From contig NC_090598.1 of NCBI RefSeq assembly GCF_000497125.1, positions 620,001 through 684,000 on the forward strand: a stretch of DNA of 64,000 nucleotides, written 5' to 3'. Each line of letters begins with the position of its first letter. The first letter of the stretch is position 1. The position numbers and the translations under genes were made by a program. This DNA comes from Spironucleus salmonicida (taxonomy: Eukaryota). Positions 1 to 14,009 of the stretch are shown piece by piece. The notes beneath the pieces were generated by a model. The model did no database searches and was not told the DNA's origin. It worked only from the letters and a program-made list of their open reading frames with translations.

Positions 1-306
1 TTTACTGTTGTTTGTTATTTATTACGAAATTAACATAATTAATAATAGTTACGTAATTAGTATAAAAATGTAATTAATTACTTTAACTATTGCAGAAACT
101 AGTACTACACATACCCATCTCTAAATTCATACTATAGTATATTTTGTACTTCGGAAAACTTTATATATATGATTTTTATTAATATATTATTACAATCTAT
201 TTTTGGTTGTTGTAATAAATACCAGTATAATATTTTACTCTAATACTAATTATCATATGATTTTAAATAAATTTGAAATTGATATTATTTATTTCCTTTC
301 CCCATA

Positions 307-1215
307 ATGACATTTTTTACGCCTGAAAAGATTTAGCAAGTTAACGACAGATTTGCAAAAACATTCACTGAAACCATCGTAATCGGGCCCTCACTTCTCA
401 TCCAGCTCCCCGAGGAAGACAAGCTCTCCGTTCAGTACCAAATAATCAAATTTTATACGTCCAGAAATGTAGACAAACACTTGATTCGCGTCCTGGGCGA
501 GCACGGGATCGTAGCAATCTACAGTTTCCCATACCTTTCGAAGCTGCAGCACTAAATCCCTTCCATAACACCAATTGTGCACGAGGACTACCCACACCGG
601 CCCCCGTTTTCGACCGAGAACGCGCAGATCTTTGACAAACTGGACCTGGTGCGGCCGCTGCCAGTGAAAATCGACCCCCCGAACTCCGGGATGTCCCATG
701 GCGCGTTCTTCGCAGAAATGCAGCACTCGATGAAGAACTTCGCCAGCGACGCCACAGTAATCGATTTCGAGGCGTTTGCGACCATGCCGCAGCCAATTCC
801 GTCCGAAGTTGGCGCTGTGCGCATCAGAAACGGCGAAATAACGCGTTTCCACGGCTTTTTCGCGCCCCTGGAAAACGCAGCAGCCCACCCGCATGCCCAG
901 GAAACTTTTGAGCTCACGTCCATTCCTCTCCTTATATCACCAAATTTGCCTTATATCACATGCTAATAATTGCTAAAATTTGTAGAAAATTCTACAATTT
1001 TTGCAAAAAATTTCGACCTCGAAAAGCGGCTTTTGACAAAGTTTTGCGGCCGGAAAGTCCGCGTTTTCGAGGTCCAGCCGCTCCTTTTCGCGCTGGATTT
1101 GGCGAAAGTGGAGGGGCAGCGCTGCGCGTTTCACAGCAGCGCACCGGGGCACTGCGCGCTGCAGGACGCGAGCGCGTGGGCGAACTTCGCCCCGTCGACG
1201 ACTGCGAGCGTCTGA
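307..1215 (+). CDS. DEDDh (DnaQ-like) 3'-5' exonuclease-fold protein with Maelstrom (MAEL)-like signature, 302 aa in code 6
   Basis: ATG 307 to TGA 1215 in one frame once TAA/TAG are read as Gln (joins track ORFs 577-966 and 970-1215). Motifs VIDFEAF (ExoI DxE), PSEVGAVRIRNGEITRFHGFF, IFAKNFDLE (ExoII-like) and CAFH-x5-HCALQDA (ExoIII HxxxxD plus CxxH..C). GC-rich coding-like sequence continues to ~1588 in another frame, so the 3' end is uncertain. Confidence 0.7.
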
Positions 1216-2085
1216 AAGGGACACGAGTTCGGCCGCTGGCGCCGAAACGCCACAGGAACTGACGATTTTGAGGGTTTTGAGGAAGATAATTTTGAGGGAG
1301 CGAAAAGTTGGTTTCGAATTCGAATTAATTCAAGTTTTTGGGCGTTTTCGGTTTTCCAGGACATAAAAAGTGCGTGCTGGTGCGCGTTGGCGGCAGCGGC
1401 GGCCTGGGACGTCAGCTCTGTTGGTTTGTAGAACTGGTGACTGGGTGGAGGCGCTTGGCTGCTTAAATGCATCGTTTAGCTGTTGGGTGTGGAAAACTGA
1501 TATTAATTTGCAATTTAGTCGATTATCGGGGCGATTTTCGGCTCCAGTGGAGGATGCTTTGCTGAAAGCGCTGCAGGTAATGCGATGAAGGATTTTCGCG
1601 GTTTCTGGGCAGTCAGAATCGCGAGTTTCGTGTTCGGCTGCGAGACGTTCATTTGGGGTTAGGAAGTTAGCTATTTCTGATATAATAATGATGATGATGA
1701 GTTTCTTCAGTTTCTGTTTTTACGCGTTTCTGTAGTAATTTGGGAAGCATTCTTGGTTGTTGGGGTAGCGGATAGCAGTGTGAAGTAAGGGCGGGTAGTG
1801 CGTATGATAAATGCAGAGTAAAGAAAAATCATATGGACTGGAATTTAAATGGTATTATATGGTTTTTAGTGCAGATAGAACTTAGTTAAAAATGTTAAAT
1901 TTAATTTATAGGCACATGTTTCTAGCGCGATTAACTATAGCTATAGAAGCTACTGCTAGATTATTGTAATATTAATAGAATTAATTGATATATTTTCGCT
2001 GAAAGTTTAATCTTGTGCGTTAGCATCTGAATTCGAATTTAAATGATACTGACTATGTACTTTCACAAGGATATGTAGTGATCGT

Positions 2086-2623
2086 ATGATGATAGATAAT
2101 ATAATTTAAATTGAATTGTTTGACGACTCAGCTTTTTGAAAGCTTGTTTCAGAGAAACAATTAATGTATCTAATACTAAATATATTTAATATTATATTAT
2201 TTAATAGAAACTGTTCATTAAAATAACATTTTGATTCAAAATGATCGCGATATAAATTCAAATTCGTAATATTTAAATTTTAGAAATAGAATCTATGAAA
2301 ATAAAGGCGTTCAATACATTAAAATCATAAACATAGATTTTTTGGTAGAGAACTGTAAATATGCAAATATGACGAAAAAATATGTTAGCATTGTGAAGAT
2401 AGCTACTAGTGAGAATGTAACAACTGTGTAAAGCTTGATCCAGAATCACAAAAACGGATATTATTATTACTGTTTTAATGATAGTAGTGGTTGCAAGAAT
2501 CTTATGTAGTCTGATAGCATATTCTCTTAAGAACAAAAATTACTAATTAAAAAAGTATTATCAATAACTACCAAATTATATTAAATTATTAGCAATTAAT
2601 TAATTAAATAGCTCCTAATATGA
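2086..2623 (+). pseudogene. Possible frameshifted hypothetical gene
   Basis: TGA-free frame of about 175 codons from ~2093 to ~2623. The ATG at 2086 joins it only if one T is removed from the T-run at ~2133-2137. No recognisable domain. Confidence 0.25.
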
Positions 2624-3422
2624 TTTTGAATGTTGATACGAAATAATGAATATGTATATATTATTCTTTAATAGGAAATAATCACCAGTAATTTCCAAAT
2701 GATATTGTGTTTAATAGTTTTATAAAAAGTTAGATATTTTATGGTTAGCAATGCGAATTTAAAATATCTTATCTTTTTTAAAATCTTCCAATAAAATTCA
2801 TGCAACACTTAATGATAGATACTACTGAATTTCTATAAAAATCGCTAGGTGGTACTAAAATTATTTAACCTTTTACCTATAAAAATTTATACTATAGGTT
2901 TGCATTAATAAAGTTAATAAATATAATTTTATCTTTTTTATAATATCAAAAATATACAATTTTTGCTATTACTTTTTATTTTAAAACTTCTTAACTGAAG
3001 TTTATCAATTAACTTAAGTGTTAAAATTTATATTTGATGGAAACTGAGTATCTAATAATGTAAGTTTACTCGAGAGGATATTCTATAAAATTAGGTACTT
3101 TTACTATTATAGTTAAAAACTTCAAAACAATAAATTTATAGAATGGTAAAAATGCATAAGATGCTTTAAAACTAATTCTAATTAACTACTTATTTCATTG
3201 TGCTTTGTTTTTAGTCATATTTATTAATCTTTAAAATAATTTTAAATTACATCCACCAAAATGTGCTAATATTTTGAAATTCTTTATCAAACTCAGATTT
3301 AACGAAATAACTTAATACACTATTAATGATAAATAGCTTGGAAACGATATAAATTGAACAAAAAGGATAAGATTAAATTTTAAAATATTCATACTATTAT
3401 ATTTCTAACTGGAAAATGACTA

Positions 3423-4298
3423 TCACTTCTTGGCCTTCTTGACAAAATAATAAGCTAAACCACCACCTACTACTCCAACCACAATCAATACTGCTACTAC
3501 AATTCCCGCTACAGCCCCTCCTGAAAAATTAGAACCTTCGCCAGAGGATGATAATGGTAAACAGATTCCAGCAACTGGTTCATATCCATATGCACAGTCA
3601 GTACAATTACCTAGATCATTAGTAGTGTATCCCGCTAAACATGTTGCACATTACGTTTTATTATCATTACATGTAGCGCATCTAGTCATCCTACCACATT
3701 TGCACTAAGAAGTAGAGGATGTACTGCAAGGAGTTGAAGTTCCATCCTAGCAGAATTGCCCATCAGCAATATCAGCACACTTTGCAATACATCTTCCATC
3801 AATAGTGGTCACAGGTTTTGCTTTGTCTCCTTCGCATTCTAAGCAAAAGGTAGCAGATGTGCAGAAAGCACAGTCTTCTTAGCAAGGCTTGCAATGTTTA
3901 ACAGAGAAATCACAATATCCAAGATGCTTACTATTGCAGTCTTTATGATTGACACATGATTTTACACAGGTTTTAGATGTTGGCTCTACAATAAATCCAG
4001 TTTTGCATGCAGTACATTCATTTTCCTATCCTTCACAAGATTCACAGTTACTGTTGCATATGGTGCATTTTTCTACACTATCTAAGAAATATTTAGCTAT
4101 ACAAACGGAACATTTTCCATCTTTACACTATTAACAATTTTTAGTCGATACATTTTATTTACAATTACAACCGTAGCCAGTAATAATTGTATTATCAGCA
4201 CAAGGTTTACAAGCAACGATATCTGCATCAAGAGTAGGACAATATGTATCTGTTGCGCACTTATTATCATTTTCTTTACATTTTCCACTTTCTGTCAT
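3423..4298 (-). CDS. Cysteine-rich membrane protein (CRMP1-type, VSP-like), 291 aa
   Basis: MTESGKCKENDNKC..., many CxxC motifs, C-terminal TM (GGAVAGIVVAVLIVVGVVGGGLAYYFV) and KKAKK tail. Open only in code 6. Confidence 0.92.
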
Positions 4299-6039
4299 TT
4301 TATATTTAGTATATTTTTATAGATAGATAATATTATATATATGGAATTTTATATTATTGATTTTAAAATAATGATATTAATTATAAATAAATGTATATTA
4401 TTGTATTAAAAAACTGCGGTCAATTATATTTTTATCCATTTATATATAAATATAAAATATTTATATATTTCAAAAATTTTTGAATGAACTGAAATATTAA
4501 TTAAAGTGTACAAATAAACTGAAATATTGTACATTATTATAGATAGTGTGGTAAAACTATTAAAACTTAATAAATTACTTCAATTTCTATTTATATTCAA
4601 TATGCTTTGTTCAAACATTTTAAAATATTGAAAAAAATAAGTAATGGATATTATTTTATATGACTACATGTAAATTTGTGAGGAAAATAAGTATTTATAG
4701 TAAATTCTATATAATTAATGTTAATTCGATATATTGATGATCATCTGGATATGCTATTATCAATATATTATAAGCCGATTAATGTAATTATTATTAATAT
4801 AGATACGCGTAGTTTGTATCTTTAAAGAGTCGTTCGTAAGATCAAACAAGTTTCGTATTTTAAATTTGCATATAATAAAAATATATACATTAATTATTTA
4901 TATAACTACTTACTTATCTCAAAAATAACATCTATTTTCAGGTAATTTAGATAGGGGAAGCAAATGATATACGTTTAACTTCTATTCTTGCTCTAAAACC
5001 TAACTTTATATAAAAGTTTTAATATGTTATCAATTAACTTTCAATATGATATTCCGTAACTAAATTCTAATAAATCTAGATAACGATAATTTTTAACACT
5101 TAATCATAATATTTTAAATTAAATTCGATTTTATTTATCTTTTATATATAATTACTAATTTAGATTAATGTGTTTATTATTAACCTAATACCAGGATTTG
5201 AAAATAATTTAAATGCTAATAAAACTGTAATTGAGTAATTTTATAGTATTACTAAATTTTAGATATAATACTATTTCATATTATTTACTGTATTTTAAGT
5301 CTTTCTACGAAAGTATAAATTAATGTAAAGGGATGCAGATGCTGATGACTATAAAATAATTTATTACTTTATTAAGCATTAAAAAATTTACAAATATAAC
5401 TAGATAGCTAATTAAAACACTAAATATTATCATCTTTTCAATATTATCAGTAGATAATCACCATTAGTTTCAATATAAATTGCATTTAGTGATTCTAAAA
5501 ACGATTGGCCATTTTATAATTTGCGTTGCGAACCATAAAATACCTAATTTTTTCGAAACCCGCTAAATACAAGTTCATTTGGAAATTAATGGTTCCCCTT
5601 TACAAGAATGTTATATTGAAATAATAATAATAATTTAAGTTTTTCAAATTAAGATATGCAGATACTATAATCCACTAGTAGGTATCAATTTAAGCAATGA
5701 ATTATTTTGATATTATTATTTACAAGATATAAAATAATTGTCTATACTTTATAGTCACTTCATTTATATTTGAAGGTTAAATTCATATTTTTTTAATATT
5801 ATTGTTTCTATATAATAAAAATTTGAAGATCAGAGCATTAGATTCTCCTTTAATACATAGGAGTCTATCATTAAGTAATTTATATTAATTATTTACATAT
5901 GTTACATTTTATTATTTCTAATAGAGTAAAAATACACTATATTTAATATTTAAATAATATTAGTTGCATTATTTATTATTGTAGTATAATATGTAATATT
6001 GAAAATAGTTCAATTCTTATATATATTGAAATAAGTTAC

Positions 6040-7626
6040 TCATTCTTAGTTTATAATACTAATAGCGCATACTGTAGACATATCTGATTACCCTACTTCT
6101 AAAGTATCACACGATATATTTGCACTATTAAAATCTATATTATCTTAAGCATCTGCCAATTTTTTAAAATGATAACTTTAATGCCAAATTACTATCTAAG
6201 AGACAACAAATCCGAATATTTCTGTAATTGTTGGAGCTAAAAATATCCATTTTATGTCAAAATATATGGGAATCACATATATCGCAGTGACGTTAACAAT
6301 AAGCTTGTAAATCTAAAATGAAGTTGCGATCATTACTTTTTTACGCATCTAAAATATACCAGAAGCAAACATTATAGAACATAATGTAAACATACCACCA
6401 AAGCACATTCTAAGTAATGGTGTTGCATCATTAACAAAATTTTAATCTGCATCAAACATTTTTATTAAGTATGGCATTAGAACCATGATTAATATTTAAA
6501 CAACTATTAAAATAAGCAGAGTTAGCCAATCAGCATACAATATTAATTTTTATATTCTGCGGTTCTTATCTTAGCCTATATTATAAGAAAGAATAGCTAA
6601 AAACCCAAAATAGACACCTAACGCTGGCTATACCATTAATTATATAAGTCTGAGATAAATACCCCATATAGCCTGATACTGAGTAGTTCTAGTGCTAGCA
6701 TATTTAGATATCTACGAACTAGTTAATGCTTATGCGATAATAATTGGTATAGCGTTAAATGCGGCGGGAACAAATTATTTAAAAGTTGTACTTACAAAAA
6801 ACCATCTTAATTTTATATATTTTTTATCAAATCTAATTACTGTAGATTTAACACCTCCGAAAAAGTCAAACAGAATCCATACATCAATTACCAATTATGA
6901 TATTACCGCTGAGATTGCAGCGCATTACATTTTAAGTTTGTCTAAGAAAACATTAAATAGAAATGCATCTAAAATAATATTGAGAAGTGAGCTTACTATC
7001 AAACAGATCATTGCCTCTTTCACCTTATTTTCTTGTCGTAACAACGGAAGTAAAGCACCATTGATGGTATAAGCTAAGACCCCTACTGAGTACATAACCC
7101 ACATATAGTTAGACAAGTACGTAAATACTGGTTCTGTAGTTGCACCAAGACCTCTAGCTATATAGTCTTTCAATGGAAGTATTATAGTGGGCATTAAGAT
7201 GTTAAATATAACTACTAGCATGAAAAACTAGGTAGCGTAATTTCTAGCATCTTCTATTTTATTTTAACCTAAGGAAGGCCCAATAAGTGATATTGCACCA
7301 ACTGATAATGATTAAATAATGATAACACATACTAAGAGCTCAAGTGAAGTACCAACCGATGAAGATGCTAAGCCAGGTTCTCCTAAATATTGTCCAATGA
7401 ATATAGAGCCGACTATCATATACAAAGTCATAATAAGAAAGCCAATAAGATTGTTATACGACTAATAAATTAGTACTTTGAAAATAGGACCGTTACCTAA
7501 GTATTGAATATCTCTCTTCTCTTTAGTGTTTTCCCGTATCCTTTCTTTTCGACTACTAGATTCCTATGAAACTTCAATGGAACTATTGTTTATTTAAGGA
7601 ACAGTCTCTTCACAAGTTTCAGTCAT
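6040..7626 (-). CDS. MATE family multidrug/toxic compound efflux transporter, 528 aa
   Basis: YLGNGPIFKVLIYQSYNNLIGFLIMTLYMIVGSIFIGQYLGEPGLASSSVG is a typical MATE N-terminus. Many TM segments, LNIILDAFL and ILSYNIGQ motifs. ATG 7626, TGA 6040-6042. Confidence 0.88.
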
Positions 7627-7880
7627 TTTATAATTTTGAAGCTTTTTCATAGTTATTTCATTCATTTAATGTTAATCATATCCAAATAACGAATATAATT
7701 TGTTTTCTTGTAATAATACTACATCGTTATAATAACAATATTTGTTTTCAAATTTTCTTTTTAATATTTTTATTATATATAATATTAATTATTTCTTAGC
7801 ATAACCTTTAAACTTTCAATTAGCTAATTCTAAATATAATATTTCTTATTTAATTTATATTTCTCAGTAGAAATTCTTAT

Positions 7881-8669
7881 TCATGAAAGAAATATTATGG
7901 TTGCATATAATTAAGCAAACTATTTAGAAAAAGTTTAAATTAGGAGTAACATAATGATGCAATAAAACAATAATTTTTATTTTAAGTTATCTTTATATAT
8001 TAAAAATTAAGTATCGGCAAAGCCCATGGAATTGACACCTAAAGTTCCATATTCACATTCGAGGCGAATATTAAGAATTCCTGTATCATAAAGTATTGTA
8101 GATAATCCTGAATTTTTAAATGAAATAGTTAACTATTATATAGCAGTGTCCACTAGTGGATTTTCATCAAAGATGACCCTATATGTAGTAAAGCTATTTG
8201 TGATTGCTAGAGATGCATTTGTTATTATTATTGTTGAAAACGTCATAGGAAAATAAACTGTAGCTGTAAATATTATCTAATCATAAGTTACAGACAAATT
8301 ATGAAAAACACTAGCATCTTTGTTGCGAGTCAATGTTATTTCTTAAATTTATTATTCGAATATTTGATTATAACTTTTTATTTTCATATGTGAAGCTTTA
8401 ATATTGAAATACAGAGAAATATCCGACACTGAAATAGCAAACTATGATGTACTGCTATAATTAAAATTAATATCGACCAATTAAACATCCAGATCTTTAT
8501 TTTGAAAGAATATTTTGACGATAATAGCACTTGGTAGCTGATTACAATCTGTATCCCCTGTAGGATGAATATGGAAAATAAGAAGATTTTCTACTTAAGA
8601 TACCTCTAAATCAGTTACATCTGTATAGCATTTAGTAAGTTAGGTGTATTGTGAAAAAATATATAACAT
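7881..8669 (-). CDS. 3'-truncated duplicate of the membrane protein gene at 49874 (262 aa, new ~35 aa C-terminus; may be a pseudogene)
   Basis: Nearly identical to 49874-50554 up to ...LIYKD at 7989, then runs into unrelated AT-rich DNA until TGA at 7881-7883. Confidence 0.7.
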
Positions 8670-9557
8670 TTTACTGAACTAATAATCTATTAATACTATA
8701 CACATATATGTAAAATGTGTTTGATATACACAGGCATTAATACACAATTATATAGTTATTTAGAGAAAAATTAGCAAATCTCTGTTACCATAAAATTGGA
8801 TATAATTAATTATACACTAATAAATAATAGTAGGTATTAATATCTAATTTAATATTTATAACACTATTATTTTTAATTTAATTATAATACAATTCATTAT
8901 AGAATATTATTATTTTCATAAGTATTAGTATCAATTCTTTAATATACCATGATTCAATTCTTATATTACAGTTTATATTTGCTTTATTATTAGATAGTTT
9001 TTCAATTTTCTACCGAAAAAAAATACACTACTCGGGATATTTATATTATTTTATACTTAAATATAACATATTTAGAGGCGTTAACTATTATACTAAATTA
9101 ATACTCAAAAAACAGTAATAATTTCAAGCAACTATAATGCCCTAAATACTTAAAATCAATTGTATTTAAATAATATTGCTTTTATTTACAATAAAAACTC
9201 ATTAGTTACTTTAGTATTTTATAAGTGATCTTCCTTTATCGTATGATATGCTTCGTTTTACATATCTATAAATATATTATAAAATAACTTAATTTATATG
9301 TCTTCAAAACATTAGAGAATGAAATTTTCTTAGTTTCCCGAATCTAAACAATTAAAGTTTATAAATTTATTATACGATAAAAGTGTATATTGTAAGAAGA
9401 GAAAACTAAATGTAAAGCGCATCTAAAAATTACCTCCTAACCCTAGCTATTTTGTAATTAATTGTGCAGTATTTTTATTATATCTTTAATATTATAAATC
9501 ATAGAAAATGAGTCAATTTATTGATAATTTTTTATTCCTATAGCTAACTATAAAATA
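7989..9557. repeat. Left copy of ~1.57 kb inverted duplication (partner 48986-50554)
   Basis: Reverse complement matches 48986-50554 with only scattered substitutions. Covers ~0.89 kb upstream DNA plus the 5' 681 nt of the gene. Confidence 0.93.
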
Positions 9558-10289
9558 TATTCATGTAAGTGCACCTTTTAGAATAAATCGTTTATTTCCT
9601 AAAAATTAATATTTCGATAATATCATCCAACTGTACTCGATATTATCAGTAAATAATTACTGATAGCAATATATCTACACACATAGTACAATTATTTACT
9701 GTTATTCAATAAAAATACAAGAGAAACTCAACCTTTCACTATATCACAATAATCATCTGCTATCTAAATAAATATTCCGCATCACTTAATGCAGCACATT
9801 ATTTACTTTAACCAATTATTAATATTTTATAATTAAATTAATACTTATAATAATTTTGCACTAAATATTATAAACTATTAATAATACATAATCAGACACA
9901 TTATAATATTTTTATTTAAGGTAACTACTACAGTAAATTTTTACGACAAGTCATAACTCAATATTAAATTATTTACAGTGTTATTATATATTAACATCTA
10001 TTTTTATTTTGTTTATTCCCTAAATAATTCATATTTGCCGAATTTTTATCCTACATTTATTATTTATATACATTTAATCACATTTATGTTAATATTACCC
10101 CTCACTCGGTTTTAACTTTTTAATTTATACTTATATTTTTATATAATAATACTAAATTATTACATCAAGAAACTGATTTTTCCACATTAATTTACCCAAT
10201 TAATCAATTTCTGCTAATCTAATTCCTCGCCGTTTTCTGATCTCACTATTATATGATAATACAACACTTCTAATTATACACTCCATTAA

Positions 10290-11729
10290 ATGTTCAATTG
10301 CAGTATCGAGAACTGCGAAACTTGCATGATGTCTGAAATCGTGTGCGATTTTTGCAAAGAGGGGTTCCTTCTGCTTAAAAATACATGTGTCGAGAGCTGC
10401 CCAGAAACGCATTTCGTGCAGCACAGCGACATGTGCCAGTTGTGCGCCTGGAGCTCTCCAGGATGCACAATTTGCGCACAGGCAGACCCCACAAAAGACG
10501 ACGTGACGTGCTCGGCCTGCTACTCAAATTTCACGCTAAACGGCACCGCCTGCGACTGCGCGATAACGAACTGCAGCGTCTGCGAGCCACTAATCGAGAA
10601 TTAGTGCAAAATCTGCACGGCCCCAGACTACTTTTTGAACAACAAAAACGTCTGCGAGGCCTGCACTACGCTCCCGAACTGCAGGGAGTGCTTTTAGAGC
10701 CATGTAGGGGTTAGCTGCGAGGTGTGCGTGGAAAAATTCGTTTCCGTGAATGGGAGCTGCGTCCCCGTGCCGCCAAACTGCATTGAGTCGGCTAAGGAGC
10801 GCCCCTGCGTCCGCTGTGCGGATGGCTTCGCGCTTACGTAGGAGTACTAGTGTGAGGCATGTTTGGTTATCCCGGAATGTACGAAATGCAGCTTTGTGGC
10901 GCAAAAGCTTACTTGTAGCGGTTGTGCCACTGATTTTTTGATCATTGCGAACAAGTGCGTTCCGGTGGCGCCAAACTGCGCGGTTGTGACCGAATCGAAC
11001 ACGTGCGAAAAGTGCAATGATGGATTCGCGCTGAACACCGCAAATGCGTGCGGCACCTGCGACGCGATCATCGACTTTGCGAGCCCGGCCTGCGCCTGCG
11101 GAGTTGCTGAGAACTGCGGGAACTGCGGCAAGGACCTGGACGCGTGCGGGGCGTGCCTCGGCAGCTTCGAGATGAAGGACGGCAAGTGCGTGCAGGGAGC
11201 GTGCGCTGTTGCGAACTGCGAGACGTGCCGGGACAGACCGGACTCCTGCATGGCGTGCGCGGGCGGCTTCCAGCTCACGATTCTGGACTCTTGTTAGGAG
11301 AGCTGCGCGGGGGTTGGCTAGAACGGGCAGTTCTGCAGGGCGGGTGCAGCAAGAGCTGCCGAGTGGGTCGCGTGCCCTGCGGACGCCACCGGGGTTGCGC
11401 AGATGCTCACGGACTGTATCTGCGGGAGTGCGGAGAACTGCGGGAACTGCAGTGCCGAGGGCCAGTGCGGGGCGTGCCTGCCTGGGTACCAGCAGCGCAA
11501 CGGGAGCTGCACCGAGTGTGCGGACGGCTTCCTTAGGTAGCCTTCCAACGGTCTTTGCGTGAAAAAGACAGAAGAAGCATCGAACAAGCTTTCCACGGGA
11601 GCAGTTGCAGGCATTGTCATCGGTGTGTTAGTTGTAGCTGCCTTAGCTATTGGGTGTGTGGTGTACTTTAGGATGAGAAAGCGTGCTCCTGCTGCTACAC
11701 CTCTTGAGTTATCTCATTAAACAGACTGA
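10290..11729 (+). CDS. Cysteine-rich membrane protein (CRMP2-like), 479 aa
   Basis: MFNCSIENCETC..., CxxC repeats, TM GAVAGIVIGVLVVAALAIGCVVYF, tail RMRKRAPAATPLELSHQTD. One frame in code 6. Confidence 0.92.
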
Positions 11730-12480
11730 CTGTTCAATTGATTATTTACTGATATTCTGGGCATGCCCATATTTTAATTAGATTAATTTATGGCATCGTA
11801 TTGTATAATATATGTGTATATATAACGTCTGCTTTGAGGTCCTAGTTAGTATGCGTTCTTTGAAGTCTGCTGAAAAAATAAATGCTTCTTTGCAAATTTC
11901 GAGATTTTAGCTTGTTTAACATTCAGTGGTTACTGGTTTTCATTTTTTAAATTGGCATTTTATCAGAAAGGCTAATTATAATATATAAGTAATTATAATA
12001 TTTTATTTGGATGGTTAAAGACTAAAATAGTGTTTTCATATCTGATATGATAAATTAACATGCCTTAGCTTTACCGAATGCTTATATTTAAACTACATGA
12101 AGGGATGCTACTATTTCAAGTGAGATATTTGACTTATTAGATTACTGTAAATTCAAAACTAGCAGAGTTCTACGTCCAATATAAGCCAGACGCGTGATAA
12201 TATACTAGGGTAGATTCTGCGAATATTAAAAGAGTTAATAAATTTTCCTAAAAACTAACAGTTATATTTTGCAACAGTATTATCCAATATATACTAAATA
12301 AAGTTAATTTAGTTCCACTGTTATTTTAATCATTTATAATTTTCTTCATTTTATTTTATTTACAAAATTACGCAACAGAAATATTATATTTATATAAAAA
12401 TAATAAAAATATTGTGAAACTAAAAAGCATATTTTGAAATTAAAACAACCCAATAAATTATAGCATAGTTGAATTTTAAA

Positions 12481-14009
12481 ATGCTGCATCTTTTATCACA
12501 TTCTGTGTAACTTACTTAATGTTACGTTGATTAGACCAATTTAGAAATATCTGAAGTTTAAAATATGCTGTTTATTCAGCTTAATACAACTTATAATAAA
12601 AACTGTAACGAACTTCCCAGCACCGTACTAGTATAGATAACAGTTCAAAATTCCGATCTTGATGTTCAGATGGTAAATACTATTTTTGAATACAATAAAA
12701 CTACCAAGTTTGTGATTAGTGTATTTAATATTTCGCAATACTTTGATGTTAAAGCATCTTAATTGAGAATAAAAAGCTACAACCAAGTTTTTGAATAACA
12801 GATTTAGGAGATAACTTTAACCAGGAGTAAGGATTCAAATACATTATACAACCTAACTGTAGATTATGATCAGAAGACATTTACAGCTACGATAAATTAT
12901 CCACTTACATTTTCATCAATAGGTGTTACTGACTCCACTATGTAAATAACAAACGCTCTAAATACATACAACCTACCATACGATGGCAACCATAAAGTTG
13001 ACAGTGGTACCAACACAGTTATAATTTCATATGACAATTCTTAATTGTCGCAAGTACTTTATGACACTGGAGTCAGAAGAATGCAGGTGAAGTGCTCGTA
13101 TGGATCTGTAGAGGCTTATTCTATCGCTATGTGGATACAATTATTTTAATATACAAGGCCCGCCCTATCCTGGAGGAATACTGCAATTTACACCTTACAG
13201 TACCAGTCTTTATATGAAAATACAGCACTCGCTGTATTTCATGGAGTAATGATTGAAAACTGCATCGCTTAAAATCGTACTCACCGCTAATGAACAAGAA
13301 TGTTCATTAGTTAGCAAACTACCCGCTACCTCTATTCTTATGAATATAAAGGAAAACAAGAAAATTTAAGTAAATTTTGATTAACTTGCCTTTGCATAAT
13401 AAGATCCCACCGGTTTAACGTTTCGAGCCTGTATGAATATTTTTGAGAAAAATGGAAAGAATGCCCATGTGAGTGTGTCCTTTTGTGACTCACAAAACAC
13501 GCCAATTGATAGACTTTATGTGATAATAACCAAATTACATCAATCATGCTTTGCTAATGTTAGCCTGAAGCTATAAGATAGCATAATAAGGATAACCGCC
13601 AATTGAATTTGCACATAAATTCCAAAATGAAGAGTGCATATGCTATTAAGACTTTATAATTCTCAGTAGACTTACTTCTTAGAGCAATCTGAGGATGTGA
13701 TGAATATAGAATTTGAGCCTGATGGTGATATTGATGTTTAGTTTGTGTAGATAACTAGTGATGTTGTCAGAACAATAAAAGAAGCCTACAATTTCCGCTT
13801 GCTCATATTAACTTAAAAGAAGGCCTTTATTGACACATTGTGTCCAAGCTTTTTGACAGCTACGTTTAAAAAATTGTAGTTGCAAATACTACAATAGGCT
13901 TATCCTGTATGGCTGTTAGCAGTATTTTGGCGATCTTGAAATATTTTACAAGAGAAAAATTAAGCTGATAAAGAAGATCAAGCGGAATATCTTGATGGCT
14001 GATATATGA
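12481..14009 (+). pseudogene. Pseudogene paralog of the single-pass membrane protein at 49874-51406
   Basis: Colinear similarity (MLHLLSHSVQLTQCY vs MLYIFSQYTQLTKCY; YFLEQSEDVM shared; both end DI-stop). Frameshifts near 13127-13165 and ~13870, and in-frame TGAs including TAN-stop-IC where the paralog has TAKWIC. Confidence 0.8.
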
